Part shown: in pieces, positions 1 to 13,580 of the stretch | Layout: each line of letters starts with the position of its first letter | Numbering within the stretch: the first letter of the stretch is position 1 | Assembly (NCBI GenBank): GCA_002269645.1 | Contig: NIVC01000735.1 | Location: forward strand, 392,512 to 456,511 | Length of the DNA stretch: 64,000 bases | Origin: Macrostomum lignano | Taxonomy: Eukaryota | Direction: 5' to 3' | Translations under genes and position numbers: made by a program | The notes under the pieces: generated by a model | What the model saw: only the letters and a program-made list of their open reading frames with translations | The model's database searches: none | Told to the model about the DNA's origin: nothing

Positions 1-44
1 CTGATCCCACACCGCACTCACACTGATCCCACACCGCACTCACA
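1..44. repeat. 22-bp tandem duplication (CTGATCCCACACCGCACTCACA x2) covering the splice donor of the calmodulin-like gene; probably continues beyond the window edge
   Basis: Two exact copies at 1-22 and 23-44. On the minus strand each unit contains GTGAGT. Confidence 0.85.
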
Positions 45-498
45 CTCTCTGGCGCTGAGCCGCTCTCCCTGGTTGCAGAGGACGCGGCGCAGCTCGCTGA
101 CGGGCACGGTGCCGCGGCCCTGGGGGTCGTACAGCTTCAGCGCCTCCATCATGTCCCGCTCGGCATTCTCGGCCCGCCGGTGCCGGTGGAGAATCTCCAG
201 GAACTGGGGGAAGTCCAGCTCACCGGTGCTGGCCTTGCCCTCCGCCAGGTATTTCCTGGCCTCGTCTATGTGGGGCGCGAACCCCAGACTGCGCATGACC
301 AGCAGCAGCTGCTCCGCCGTGCCCACCCGGCCCTGCTTGCAGTGCAGGTAGAAGCACTCGCGGTAGGCTGATGTGAAATTGAGGAAAAAAGATCTTGGTA
401 TGTGATGGAAATTTAATTTTTCTTACTAGCATTAGCATACCAACATCTGACAAGCTTTTGCACTTACTGTCTAACTGGTCCTGTGTGAAGTGGCGCGC
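44..498 (-). CDS. CALML4: Calmodulin-like protein 4 (EF-hand), partial. Exons 498-468 (ARHFTQDQLD) and 367-44 (TYRECFYLHC...GERLSARE). The ATG is probably a separate micro-exon (candidate ATG|GTAAAA at 2850-2848). The last exon lies outside the window.
   Basis: Splice sites CAG|GCG at 498, A|GTAAGT at 468, CAG|CC at 367 and T|GTGAGT at 44 have consistent phases. The peptide follows the calmodulin/CALML4 pattern (QDQ..YRECF, MRSLG, GELDFPQFL, DPQGRGTV..SELRRVL...GERL). Confidence 0.8.
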
Positions 499-1431
499 CT
501 GAAGTCAAAAAAGAAAAAATGGTGGAGCGAATTAATATTGAGTTTTCTTTATTAAACTTCATCATTATATATTTTATTATCGTTTATCTGCACCATTAGA
601 TAATTTATAGGTCAGACACATCTAAGAAAGATCTTTAATGAACATTTGGCGAAGAATAGAGATTATAATTTCAAGCTAAGAAATTTTCTATAAGAAGGAT
701 ATGGATTTTTATAGAGCATACAAGTGTAAAATTACAAAATGAAACTTTAATGCAGTATTTTTGCTACTAACTATCTCTTCTTTTATGAAGATATTTTTTA
801 TAAATTTATTGGGTGGCTTCACATTTTATGTACAAGTAATTATTAAGAAGGCTGTGGCTTCACAATTTTCTTTGCACATTTTTTATTTTGTCTAAAATAA
901 GTTGACTTTTTTACAAGTAGCTTTGCAATTTCTTCCTTGCTGGATGCTAGATAAAGATTATAAACTCAGTTAATTAGATCATTTAACCTCATTCATTCAT
1001 AGACTTAATTTTTATAACAATTTTTGACAATAACTAAACTAACTTACGCTAACTTATGCCATGTTATAATTAGCTAGTTGTTTAAGCCTAATAAAGTTTG
1101 ACTCTCAATAGAAAATAATAGCCTTAGATACCTAATTTTTTAATATATCTAAGTATTTTTTGTAATTAAAATATAAATAACAATTAGGATTAGGACATTG
1201 TAATAATCAAATTTTGTTATAAAAGAATTATTCATAAAAAACGAAATTGGAAAATATACATTTATTGATGAGACATTGAAGTTCTTCAAAACTTTAGGCA
1301 CTAGGTCCCCCCCTAAGGCACTAAGACAGGAAAAAGAAAATTGTCGGAGTTATATTATAATAAAATATGATAACCAAAGTTAAACCAAAGTTAAACCAAA
1401 GTTAAAGAGCTGCAAAAATATGGTTGTACTA

Positions 1432-1563
1432 TACAAATTTTTCATCTTTTTGTGCCTTTGATATTGTACAATATCTTATATATACTGTATATACAATACA
1501 ATATACAATGTACAAATTAGAATATACAATATCAAAGGCACATAAAAAGATGAAAAATTTGTT
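1432..1563. mobile_element. Small inverted-repeat element (MITE-like hairpin, arms about 37 bp)
   Basis: ACAAATTTTTCATCTTTTTGTGCCTTTGATATTGTA at about 1432-1468 is nearly the reverse complement of TACAATATCAAAGGCACATAAAAAGATGAAAAATTTGT at about 1526-1563. No TSD recognised. Confidence 0.55.
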
Positions 1564-4241
1564 GGATTTTTAATGTGCTTTAAAATGTACATAATTTATT
1601 AATTTGCATTATATATAAAAAATATGATTTTAAAAAGGCCTTAGGTTGTTCAGTTGTTTAAATTACAGATTTATTTGCAAATTCATAATACATGTATAAA
1701 AATCAAATATCAAAAGAAAGGGACAAAAAGTAATCCTGCGACTGTAGTTGTTTCTTTAGTTGTGTTTTTAGCTAGGCTAGAAACACTGACAAAGCTAAAA
1801 GTAAAACTTGCGATTAAGCTTTGTAAGCCATCTGCAAATTTCGACAAAAGAGTTGAGGCTGTTGAGCGAACACAACTAACGAATCTGTGCCAAATTAGCA
1901 CATATTAGCACGATCAGGTACCAATACCAAAGTAATTATAAAAACGTTATTGTTTCAAGACAGAGACAGTTAAAAACAGAGACTGAATAACTGAAAAGTG
2001 ATTCAATACTTCATGGCTGGCCGCTGGGTTAAATGAATTTGTGTATAGGCCTAATTCATCAAATATGTTGGCATCACATTGAGAGGGTGCGGCTTAATTA
2101 TTGACCCTGACAATTTAATTTTCTGCTTGCAATGCAAAAGTACATTTTTTGTTTACAGTTCAGTTTTATTTTTCTTTATTGCTGCGAACTAACTGTAATT
2201 TATGGTATTTTTTGGTTGGCTAAATAATTTTGTTTAATGCGTCAACATTTTGCAACGCCGTCAAGTACTGAACATTGAGCCTTTAAGAGTGCCAATTGAT
2301 TGAACCCCAAAAGTGCCTGCGTTTATGTTTAATTGTATTAGTGGAACCAATGACAACTTTATGTTCAATAGCTCTCATTGAAAACAAGTGACAGTTATTT
2401 TGGTGCCGCTATATGTTTCCAGGGTAGGTGTATTCTATAGAGAACGTTCTAGAAACTTCCCAATTGCACACCCCGAATGACCGAATCTATTAATGTAAAT
2501 CGAAACACCCCTACTGTTCCATAACCACGAGTTTAAATTGCTACTGCACTGATAACTAATATACTACTACAACAATATACGCTCCTCCTCGTTGCCGAGC
2601 ATTTGTCGTTTTGGTTATACCGATAAAGGTTCTGTTCGTTTATTTACCGAAAGATACAACAGTTATATATCTATAAACCTTTTTGCTAATACATTCACGT
2701 AAGTTTTATAGAAATGATGTGAACTGGCACTTGCTAATAATGTTCCGTCAGTATCTTCCTATTAAGTTTTTTAAATGCTTTTAACATTCTCAAATCATCA
2801 TGCTATTTGATTGGACTAGCCGTATTATTGTTCTTAACTTGTTTTACCATTTCTAAAAAGAGATGTGCAGACCTCAAGAGATGACAGTGACTTATTTGTA
2901 AATCAATCGATAAAATACTTTGGGTGACGAATAATCCACCTTGAAAGTTACTTTTACCGTCTTTTGTGAGAATTTAAAAAGTCGAAATTTTTTATAAAAA
3001 AACTTGTTCCGTGTTGAATGTTAAGTTGTAGTAGCATCATGCTAACAATAAAAAGGTAATTATATATATATATATATGCATAGCAATATACGTTCGTAAT
3101 ATATTTATAGATAGTGTCACTGAACAGCTCAGCTAAAATTGTAGTTGCACAGTGGCGGTCAGAAGAGATCCTTATGAACAATGTAGCAGCAATAACAGAA
3201 ATTGAAGCCAGCTTAAAACACTGCGAGACAAAACAGCAGAGCAGCGTGAGTGACGGCGGGGCGGTCAACAAAGGGTCCGTGCGAGCTGTATGTGGGACAA
3301 GTGAGGGCCTGAAGATCGCGAAGGACCCAAATGGCATGAAGAAGGAACAGGATGATGCACTGGTAACAAGCAAAGAAGCAGGGAAGCGAGAGACAAAACA
3401 AAAAGCAGAGAGTGAGAGGCAAACTGAACAGATAAAACAGACGCATCAGAGGGTCGCGAGGGCGGGCCTGTGAGCACAAGCAGCAGTTGAGACAGAGCAG
3501 AATTGAGGACTAACATGATTTGCTTAATCTCTATAATTAATTTATCATTTGTCGTTGCAGACCTAAAACAAAAAATCGCACACTACCGATATATACTACC
3601 GTAACAGCGGTGGTAGTAGTGTAGTAAGTAAATAATCGCTACAATAGACATCCGAGTAGCAAATCATAACGCAGTAAATTAATAATTGATCGAATAGCAG
3701 AATGACTGACTGAATGTCAAAATATATCGAATACCCGCAAGACGATACACATACTCGTACGATAAGAGTTGACAATTGGATTCCGCATTCACAGATTCGG
3801 ACTCGCTCCTCGAATCAATCAGACCGGCAGGCCATGCAAGCACGAAATTAACTGTGCATTGAGAATTACAAAATAAAAGACTGCCCGACCCTCCCTAGCT
3901 AAGCTGTGAAAAGGCAGCCAAGTGAGGTTTGGTTAAGACAGATTCAGTGCAACACATACTAAATTTGGAGATTGCATGGGCTAAGGCTGTGGCATAGAGA
4001 GGCAGGGAGAAGTGCACACAGATGGCCAGTCATGGAAGAGAGGAGGCCGGGTGCACAAACTCGCTTGGCTGCTGAACAGCAAAATTAATGCAAACAGTGG
4101 CTAAAATTTTAGGGGCCCGGAACTGCGGCGCCGCGCAGTGCGTTGAAGTACATTGGAACCCAGTGGGCGGGGCTGAGACAGGCAGGCTGGCGGGCCAGCG
4201 GACTAGACTAGCGCACTCGGGTCTGTCAATCGCCATCACCA

Positions 4242-7200
4242 TCAGACGAACACTTTAGCGAGGCCGTCGGCTCCGGCGCTGGCCATGAAACTCTTGGACG
4301 GGTGCAGCGCCAGGGCGTGGATGGCCTCGTCAAATTTCTTTCTATGCGCGGTGATCTCCTGCATGCAGGTGCGGTCGTCCAGGCGCCACAGCCGGATGGA
4401 GCTGTCGTGGCTGCCGGACAGCATGTACAGGCCGTTGGTGTCGATGGCCAGGCTGGTGACGCTGTCCAGGTGGGCCACCATGCTGTGCGCCAGGCCGCCC
4501 GAGTTCATGTCGTAGAACCGGATCCGCCTGTCCTCGTGCGCCGCGATGCAGACGGCCTGGGCGGGGTGCGCGATGGCCGCGTTGGCCGGCCCGGCGCCGT
4601 CTTCGCTGAGCCGCGCGATCACCTGGCCGGTCTCGGCGTCCATCAGCAGGCACTGGCCGGACTGCAGCGACACGAGCAGCTTGCCGGGGTCGGCCGGCAG
4701 GAGGCCCAGGCTGGTCGGCGAGTGCGGCAGCTGGCGGCAGCTCAACAGGCGCTGCTCGGCCGGCTGGCTGGGCCGCCAGGCGCGAAGCGTCCGATCGGCG
4801 CCGATGGAGAACAGCGTGGTGGGGGCGCCGCTGGCCGGCCTGAGGACGGATTTGACAGTAATAGACAATAACTCAATATGCGACTCCCCCATGAGCTCCT
4901 ACAGCCACTGCATCGTACCCGAACCCTCCTTACCTGGAGGCGGCGAGGCCCCACACGGCGTCCTCGTGGCCGGTGAGCACGGGGCCAACCAGGCTGGCAT
5001 CGAACGGGTCGTAGGGGTCCATGGACAGCGGCGGGAGGCCCCAGACTCTGACGGTGCCGTCCAGGCCGCCAGAGAACAGCAGCTGGTCGGCGATGCAGGC
5101 GCAGAGGACGGGGCCGGCGTGGCCGCGGAAGGTGTGAATGGGCTCCAGGTCCACCGACATGCCCTTCTTGGTGGGCTGCTCGCTGGGCGCCTTGCTGACA
5201 TTCCACAGCTTCAGGGTGCAGTCCTCCGAGGCCGTCACCAGCGCCGGCTCGGTGGGATGGAAGAAGAGCGACCTCACCGAGTCGAAGTGCGACCGCAGGC
5301 TGAACTTGATCGCCCAGGTGCGGCGGCACTCGGCTGTCGTGCCGGCGTCGCTCTCGTTGGCCACGGTGATGTCCTGCAGGTCGCCCAGGTTGAGCCCCAG
5401 AGCCGAGCGGAAGCCCTCCTCCTCGGAGCCGCCGCCGGACCCCGCAGCGCCGCCACCGCCGCCAGACACGGCCAGGCGGATTTCGGGATCGTCAAGAGTG
5501 GGGTAGGGCCCTGTGGGCTCCGTCTCGGGCGGCGGTGAGCCCGCCCGGTCCGGCTCGTCCATGAAGCCGCCGGAGCCGCCGCCGCCGCTTGACCGTTTCG
5601 GAGCGCGGACCCGCTCTTTGCGGAAGTCGGCCATCTTGGAGAGGGTCTTCTCGTCCATGGCCCATTCGGACTGCTCCTGCTGGTTCACCAGGAAGTCGAA
5701 CTCGGCAATTACCTGGGGATTGAGAAAAATGCAGCGAACTTATTAATAGTAGGAATAGCAAGACCCAAGCCCACTTTTAAAATGATCATCTCAGCAGCTC
5801 TGGTGATAATAGGTTGGTAGCCACACAGCAACGGCTTCATCACCTGTTCCTCCTCAGTGACGGTAGGTCCGCCTCCGCCGCTGCTCCCAGACTCCTCGTC
5901 GCTGCCTTCATCGTCGACATTGATTCCCATGCTACTCAGTTGCTCCTCGATGGTCCGCCGACCCTTGCCGCCGCCGCCGCTGTCTTTGACGTCCCCGGAG
6001 GCTGGGCCGGCCGGGTATGCGGCTGTGGAAGAGGCGGCAGCGGACGGGGAGCCAAGCAGCTGCTCAACTCGAGCCTGCTTGACATCCGTGATGACCTCAT
6101 TGTAGCCCATCTCCTGCAGGTACTGCTTGATCACCTCCCGGCCATCCTTGCGCTTAGCCGGCTGCTGCTGCTGCAGCGCTTCGGTCAGCTCAGCAGCGGC
6201 CGGCTCGGAGACCGGCGCGCCCTCGTCCTCGGCGCCGAGGTCGGGCTTGGCAAGGTCGGCTGCGGTGAAGCCGGGCGGCTCCGTGCCGAACTTCAGCCGG
6301 TGGAATTTCGCCCGCTCCTGCTTCAACGCGAATTCCAGCATCTTGATGCGGCGCACCAGGTCGTGCTTCAGGTTCTCCTGGCCCTTGCGCTCGCCCTGGA
6401 GGAAGGCGATACGCGCCTGGGGTGGGAAAATGCGGTTTTGTTAAGGCCTGCAGCTCCCGGAGTTGTCAAACAGCGCCATAGCTTGAGAGAATCGGCACTG
6501 GATGGCAAGGTTTGTAAACTATATCTTCGTGTTGGAAAAAATGCTGTACTACTCATTACTAGTTACCAAAAATGTAATTAGCGCTACTTCTTATCAGTAA
6601 CGATCATTCATTTTTTAAAATTCTCCCATTACTTCATTACCAAAATGCTACAAGATATTGAATAATACACGTATCAAGGTACAAATAATAAATGCACTTA
6701 TTAATGACATGCAACTAACAAAGGAATGAATAAATTTGTGGTGTATTTTTATTGTTGGTTAATGGCTGGTCAGAATGGCAAAAATCTTAGTGTATATATT
6801 AAAAAAATTATTTTGTATATTTAATTTGGAAGATTTTTTGTTTAAGGTCAGGAGGGTAAAAAAGTATTTCAATGTACTTAAACTTTGCTTAAATTTCACT
6901 TTTTTGAAAATTGAGTTTAAATTAACTTTAACAAACTAAAAAATATAGAATGAAAGGCTCCTATATGTAAAAAATGTAATCCCATAGTAACAGACTGAGC
7001 ATAGTGCATCATATCAAGGGCAGTTGGCAAACAAATACATATGTAGCACAGTTGCCAAGTCAGGAAAATAATACTTTCCTTTAGGAAAAGAAACTTCAAA
7101 GCATATGAATTCATGACTATTGGCTAATATTGCCAATCTGGCTAGCAATGTTTGGATAACCCAGGTAAAAATTGCCATGTCTCCTATAGTGACTAGACAT

Positions 7201-10200
7201 GGTCCAGTAGATATCATTGGTGTATCATGTATGCAAATTCCATTGATGTCGCCATTGCCATCGGAGACATGTGGGGACATTAACCGAGACATCATGCTAT
7301 GTGGAAACATGGCGAGATATCAAGATGAGGCATAATGCAAGACATAAAGAGACATTACCCAAGAACTCATTTCAATGAGACATGGTGAGACACTGTGCAA
7401 GACATCATTCATATCCACAAGACATGGCGAGACATGACCACATAAATGACAATTTTTCTAATTATACACTGCACTAAAATACAAAAATGTATACTATGAC
7501 ATACTGCACTTAAGGTACATATTGTAATTAATCCTATTCATGATACTTACATAAAGACCATAGAATGATATAGAATACCAAATAGAATGAAATCCTAACT
7601 TTCAGTCCATAGAAGGGGAGTCATGTACAGGGACAGTCTACTATTGGTCTGTACTCATATTTTTAGCCTTCCCTTACTGACATACTTGCAAACTTTAATA
7701 AATACCAGGAAATTCTTTAGAAAACTGTTTCTCTAAACTGTTATCTAAATATACTAAATCAGTATACTAAATATATACATTGAGACATAAGTTAGTAATT
7801 TGAGAGTCATGAGCTACAAGTGCACATTGTATAAAACCAATGGAACACATCTATTCAAACAATTTAAGCATAATTTCCTATCCCTTCTTGCTTTCTTAAC
7901 CGGGCTGGGGATTGGATATGGCAGAGTTAAACAGGGTACAAAAGTGTCACCAAGTCATGTCCCAAGATGTCTTGGAAAAAATATGTCTCGGAGTGATGTC
8001 TTGGGATGTCTTGGAGTGATGTCTCAATGTCTTAGGGCCATGTCTCGAAAAAAAGATATCTCAGGCTAATGTCTTTAAAGAGACATCCTATATGATGTCT
8101 CCCCAACAAGTCAATAGACATGTCAACATGTCAATTGATATCTTTAGGAGGGGGTGTTGCAATGTCCTTGGGACATCTTTAATTTTTACTTGATAAAAAA
8201 AGGAAATTAGAAATTTGTTTTCAAGACCTACTAGTAGATAATTATATAAAAATCATAGGTTACATATTTGAGTTGAAATAGTTCAACTTTGTATGAAACA
8301 ATTACTTTACCAGAAATTAGTAAGGATAATTCTGCCAAGATTAACATACATAAAAGATTATGGTCCCTCTTTTGTATTTAAAATAATGTTGCTATATAAC
8401 TAAACCAATTATAGCTAACTAATTAGAATTAATTAGACAAATATTTAAATCTCTATAAGACTATTTCAACTATCTGCAATCTATCCAGGTTTTTATTTAT
8501 ATTTTTATGTATATTACATATATTATGTATATTAGAACCAATAAAAGCTTTATCAATGCCGTATAGTTAGAAAAAAAGGCATATATGCCAGAAATTTCCT
8601 AGGTATAGTCTAGAAATTGGTATAAAAAAGTGATTTTTTTTGCTTTTGGTATACATGTTTAATATTTTGGTGATAACATATACAAAAATTTAAAAAATAT
8701 ATAATAATAATAGTCATAATAGTTGCACTTGCATATTTAATTATAAAAATTGATAAATATTTAATATAAAACTGATTTCTATGTTTTTGAAATATAAAGC
8801 TTAAAAGTTTAATTAAAAATGCATAAGCCACACTCTGGATCATGTAGTATATGCCCAAAATATAGGCATGCATTGGCCTTGCATGCCAAAAATAGGTATG
8901 CACAGTTGGCATACATTACTCCTAAGAAACTAGTATGCATGCATACCTAGCATGCACTTCATAGAATCACATGGAAAAGTTATTGTGAAGTAGAAAAAAA
9001 AGCTGAAAAAAGGTTCATTTTTAGGCATAAATTTCAAGCTTTCTGGTTTTTTAAGCTTGTAATAAAGCATTTAAACAAAAAATTTACATGTATCAATTTT
9101 TACTATAAATAATATCATTAAAAAAGCAGAAAAATTATCCAAATTATTTGCAAAAAAGGGTTCATTATGCAATGTAAAAAAGGGTCATTTATTGTCACAA
9201 TATAAAAAAGGATCATTTATTGTTGCAACATTGGCATAGTTTTGAGAATGGGTATGCACTCAATATTTTTTGGCATGAATTTGTAATTATTTGATTTTTG
9301 TTCAGGTGTACACCCATCATGATCTGGACTATGGTGCACAAGTTTAACTTTTTCATATTTTCTCCATTTGAGAAGCTATTTTAGCATGTTTGGACTATTA
9401 AAACAATAAAATTAACAACTTTGTTTTTTAGTACTTTTTCTGTCTCTTGCGTGGGGTAAAAAAGAAATGAAAGGCCTATGCCATGAGTTAAACTTGTATT
9501 TATACTAACATAGTGAACAGGTTAGCTGAAATATCTATGGTAAATTAATGGCTGGGATTGTCTATGGGGAAAAGCATGGTAGACAAAGGGAGTTGGCTAA
9601 CTGAAAAGTACAAGGCTGAATTGCAAAACAAAAAGTACAAATTTTTGAAGGATGGAAATTTAACATATGTTGTCTGACATGCCATTGATACTTGTTGGGA
9701 GTCTATGGCCCAAAGGGATGAGTTGGTTAAAGGGGAAAGGGAAGTCTAAGCACTTAGACTTATGTTCTTGCTGGTGCTGCTAATTAATTCTTGCTAAGAC
9801 TATTAACCAACCATTAAGTCTATCAACACTGCCAAGAGGCCGCCCTCAAATAGTTAGGAATCATTAAGCCATAGTCTGGAAGAGGGGTGGTACGCCGGAT
9901 CAATCCGGCATATACTCATGACTTTTGGCATACACTTGGCATACAATTTTTTACTTTTTGAAATCTGGTGTACTTATCTAGCATATAAAAATGCTTATTC
10001 AAAAAGTGGCATATATGTTCCTGCAGTTGTGGAATCAAATCAAATAGTCTAAGAAAATAGTGCGCATGCAGCTAATAGTATCACGCAAGAGTTTGTGAAA
10101 AGTACAAAAAACATAAAACAAGTTCATTTTTAAGCATAAATTTCAAGGCTTCTGGGTTTTGAGAGCTTGTAATAGAAATTTAAACAAATCTTTGTGTGTA

Positions 10201-13200
10201 TTAAGTTTCCCCTATAAATAATATTAGCAAAAAAGCAAAAGTATCAATTATATTATTAGCTCAAAAGGGTTACTTTACGCAATTTAAGAGAATAATATAC
10301 ATTGTTGCAATGTAAGAAAAGGTCATGTATTGTTGCAACACTGGGGTAGATTTGAGAGTGGGCATACACCATAGTTCGGAATACCCTGAATGTATGCCAG
10401 ACTAAAATCTCTCACAATTTTTCGGTACAACAGTAAACATGCCTGCCCACCAGTAAGCATGCCCATTTTCAAATCTACGCCGGTATTGCGACAATAAATG
10501 ACCTTTTTTACATTGTAACAATGAATTATTTTGTTTTTAAATTGTGTAAAGTAACCCTTTTTAGCTAACAATTTGGTTAATACTTTTGCTTTTTTGTTGA
10601 TATTATTTATAGCAGAAACTTAATACACACAAAGATTTGTTTAAATTTTTTATTACAAGCTCTAAAAACCCGGAAAGCTTGAAATTGCTTAAAAATGAAC
10701 TTGTTTTATGTTTTTTATTCACTTTTCACAAACTTTTCTGCATGATTCTATTAACTGCATGCACACTATTTTCTTAGACTTTTTGATTTAATTCCGCAAC
10801 TATGGGAACATGTACACCACTTTTTAAATATGCATTTTTATACACTAGATAGTATGCCAGATTTCAAAAAGTAAAAAATTGTACGCCAAGTGTATGCCAA
10901 AAGTTGTGAATATACGCTAGATTAATCCGGCGTACTACCCCTCTTCTGGACTATGGAGCATACACTCAAACTTTGGCGTACACTGGCGTACCAAAAAAAT
11001 TGAGAGAGATTTTAGGGACTTCTTCAAGTTTATGTTGATAAAATACTTCCGATTTTTCAATTTTTCTGAAACTTGTAGTGGAGACTTATGGGGCACCCAA
11101 AATTACAAAAATGCAAAAAAAGTGTAGAAAGTTACCTATACGGTTAATGCAATGACGATTTACTTGATTCCCTATTCTCTTAATAAGGTTCGGTGAGAAA
11201 AAGTTTCTACAAATACATTTTTGAAAGTGTATCCACTTGACTTTTAATTTTATGGCACATGTGCTAGAACTTCATTAGGCCAATTAAAGATGAATATTAA
11301 TATCTACAAATTAATATGCAAATGTTTTTTATGTTTGCGGATTATAGTTTTTCAATTTAGTTATAATGCATAGACAGTGCCACGTCACTGTGTGCTTTTT
11401 TCAAAAAACTGCCACGTCACAACCCGCTCAATCTTTGCACTTGCACTTTCACTGCACCCAGCCAAAGCAACGTTCAAAATTCGCACTTGTATTTTGCACC
11501 TCAAAACCAACTACTATATAAGGCTAGATTACTAATTCTATTGTATTAAGGCAGTAACAACACTTAATTTTGGTAAGCAAATTCATTTAGATAAAGTTAT
11601 GTTGATTCAAGTTTATGTTGATATAATTAAACAGAGATTCATTGTCAAATAAATTCCAACTTGTTTCAACCCCCCCCCCCTATTAGAATTGGAATTTATC
11701 AGCACAATCTTGAATAGGTCTCTATGCCTCTATTCAAGTTTATGTTGATAAAATCAATCCCCATGAAGAATCTCCCCACCCTAAAACCCCCCATTCCCCA
11801 TGCCCTGGTGATTGGTTTTAAGCTACAACCCCCCCCCCCTATTAGAATTGGAATTTATCAGCACAATCTTGAATAGGTCTCTATGCCTCTATTCAAGTTT
11901 ATGTTGATAAAATCAATCCCCATGAAGAATCTCCCCACCCTAAAACCCCCCATTCCCCATGCCCCGGTGGTTGGTTTTAAGCTACATATAATTGGGTTAA
12001 AGCTACCTAAAAATGAAGCTCAAATTTGAAATCAGCACCATCAAAAACCTCTATAGAGACAAAATTATGATCCTATCCAAATTGAAACTATTTTATCAAC
12101 ATAAACTTGAAGTTGAAGAAGTCCGATTTTAGTCCATTGTACATTCAGGGTGTTCCAAACTATGGTCATTAGGAATAGCTTAAGATAGAAAAAAGTACTT
12201 AAAAAACAAAGTTGTTAATTTTAATGTTTTAATAGCTCTGGTCTGGGGATATCTAAACATGCTAAAATCAGCTTTTCAAGTGGAGTAGATGCAAAAAACA
12301 TTGAAAAAATAGTTTGACAAAACAATTTGAAAAGAATGCCAAAATATTATATAAGTATAATTATTATTTTTAGTTTTTTATTTCACCTGATTGAAATTAA
12401 ATATCAAAATCACAACTCTTGTAGTAATACTTAAATCAACAATTTAGAGCTTTGCATAAGGTAATATATTTAGTATACACCAGTATATACCAAAAAATGG
12501 TCAGAGTGTTTTGAACTATGGTCTATGCCATAAATTTGGCATTTGGCATTTGCAATTTTGATGGCACAAAAGTGATTATTAATGACATGTCAATATTACT
12601 AGACCTCTTAAGTGATAAGTCATTTTGCATTGTTAATAATTTATATTATTTGACATTTATATTATAAGCCAGCCATTATTTGTCCAGTGACTAGACAAAT
12701 AGCCTTTTTGCTATTTGTCTGTTTAAATTGATAACACAAAGTATCTTATTTGTTTTGTGATGAATATTCTAGATTTTTAAGACCTTTTCTCATATACTGA
12801 TTACACTCTACATGCACCTAGAGTGTAAGCAAAGCAGTGTATTCAATTTGGCAATTTGGTGTATAAGACACACACTAGTATAACAATATAATAATCAAGA
12901 TATGAGTAAGAAGTCTTTGAAGTCTAGAATTATTTACCCTTGTGGTTTTTATGAACTATATATTTTAGCATTATCATTTTAACCAGACAAATAACAAAAT
13001 GTCTATTTGTCTGGTAATAACCAGATGAATAGGAAAGCATGGTCAGGATCCAGTAACCGGACAAATAACCACATCACTATTCGTCTGGTCACCGGACAAA
13101 TAACAACTGCCATATTACAAATATGATATTGATAGATTAGATAAATTAAACTTTAAGACTAATGACACTTTTAGACTTAATTACTATACTTGTTTTAATG

Positions 13201-13580
13201 TAAAATGATTTTACTATTATTATGATCTGCACAGACATATAGCAAATTTATTAGAAAAGGTTAGTTAATGCATAATGATTAATGTCAATGTGTTGCTAGA
13301 CCTGGGCTAGCCAGCTAGGGTTAGGTTCATCTTAAATTCAAATAGGCAGGAGTTAATAGACATATTATAGTATTACCTGTAACTCAGCCCGCTCAACATC
13401 CCATTGAGATCTTTCCATTTCAAATTTTGTCCATTCTGTTTGTAAAAAGTGTAGAATACCAGCCATAGTATAAACTGGTTCTTTCCCATTGTTGCTATCA
13501 TTCATTGGGTTTCCATCATCTCCAGTTTGCTTATTATAGATTTCCATCGGTAGTGCTGTGAAAGCTGCCGCTTCCTCCAT
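4242..13580 (-). CDS. STRN: Striatin family protein (STRIPAK scaffold; N-terminal caveolin-binding/coiled-coil region, C-terminal WD40 repeats), about 717 aa. Exons 13580-13377, 6416-5844, 5712-4934, 4839-4242.
   Basis: Signature YTMAGILHFLQTEWTKFEMERSQWDVERAELQ|ARIAFLQGERKGQENLKHDLVRRIKMLEFALKQERAK; EFDFL; LGDLQDITVANE; WAIKFSLRSHFDSVR; WD40 repeats ending AGADGLAKVFV*. All introns are GT-AG with matching phases (0, 0, 2). Confidence 0.95.
7160..8192. mobile_element. Probable non-autonomous TIR element with oppositely oriented subterminal AGACAT/ATGTCT motif arrays
   Basis: The left arm (about 7240-7440) is rich in AGACAT and the right arm (about 7955-8175) in ATGTCT. Short imperfect termini CCAGGTAAAAATT / AATTTTTACTTG. 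Confidence 0.45.
8827..12330. mobile_element. Nest of related non-autonomous elements with CCATAGT...ACTATGG termini, including a roughly 1.1-kb foldback (9869-10956)
   Basis: 9869-10365 is an imperfect inverted copy of about 10440-10956, and a third diverged copy lies at about 8830-9335. A TIR pair CCATAGTTCGGAATACCCTGAATGTA (10369) / TACATTCAGGGTGTTCCAAACTATGG (ends 12165) is present. About 9345-9445 is inverted relative to about 12185-12300. Confidence 0.65.
11668..11985. repeat. Tandem duplication of about 159 bp, each unit starting with a poly-C run
   Basis: AACCCCCCCCCCCTATTAGAATTGGAATTTATCAGC...GGTTTTAAGCTAC is repeated twice, nearly identically. Confidence 0.85.

Noticed and set aside
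13314-13330. TTAGGG telomere-like motif
   Set aside because: Only one to two units; chance occurrence.
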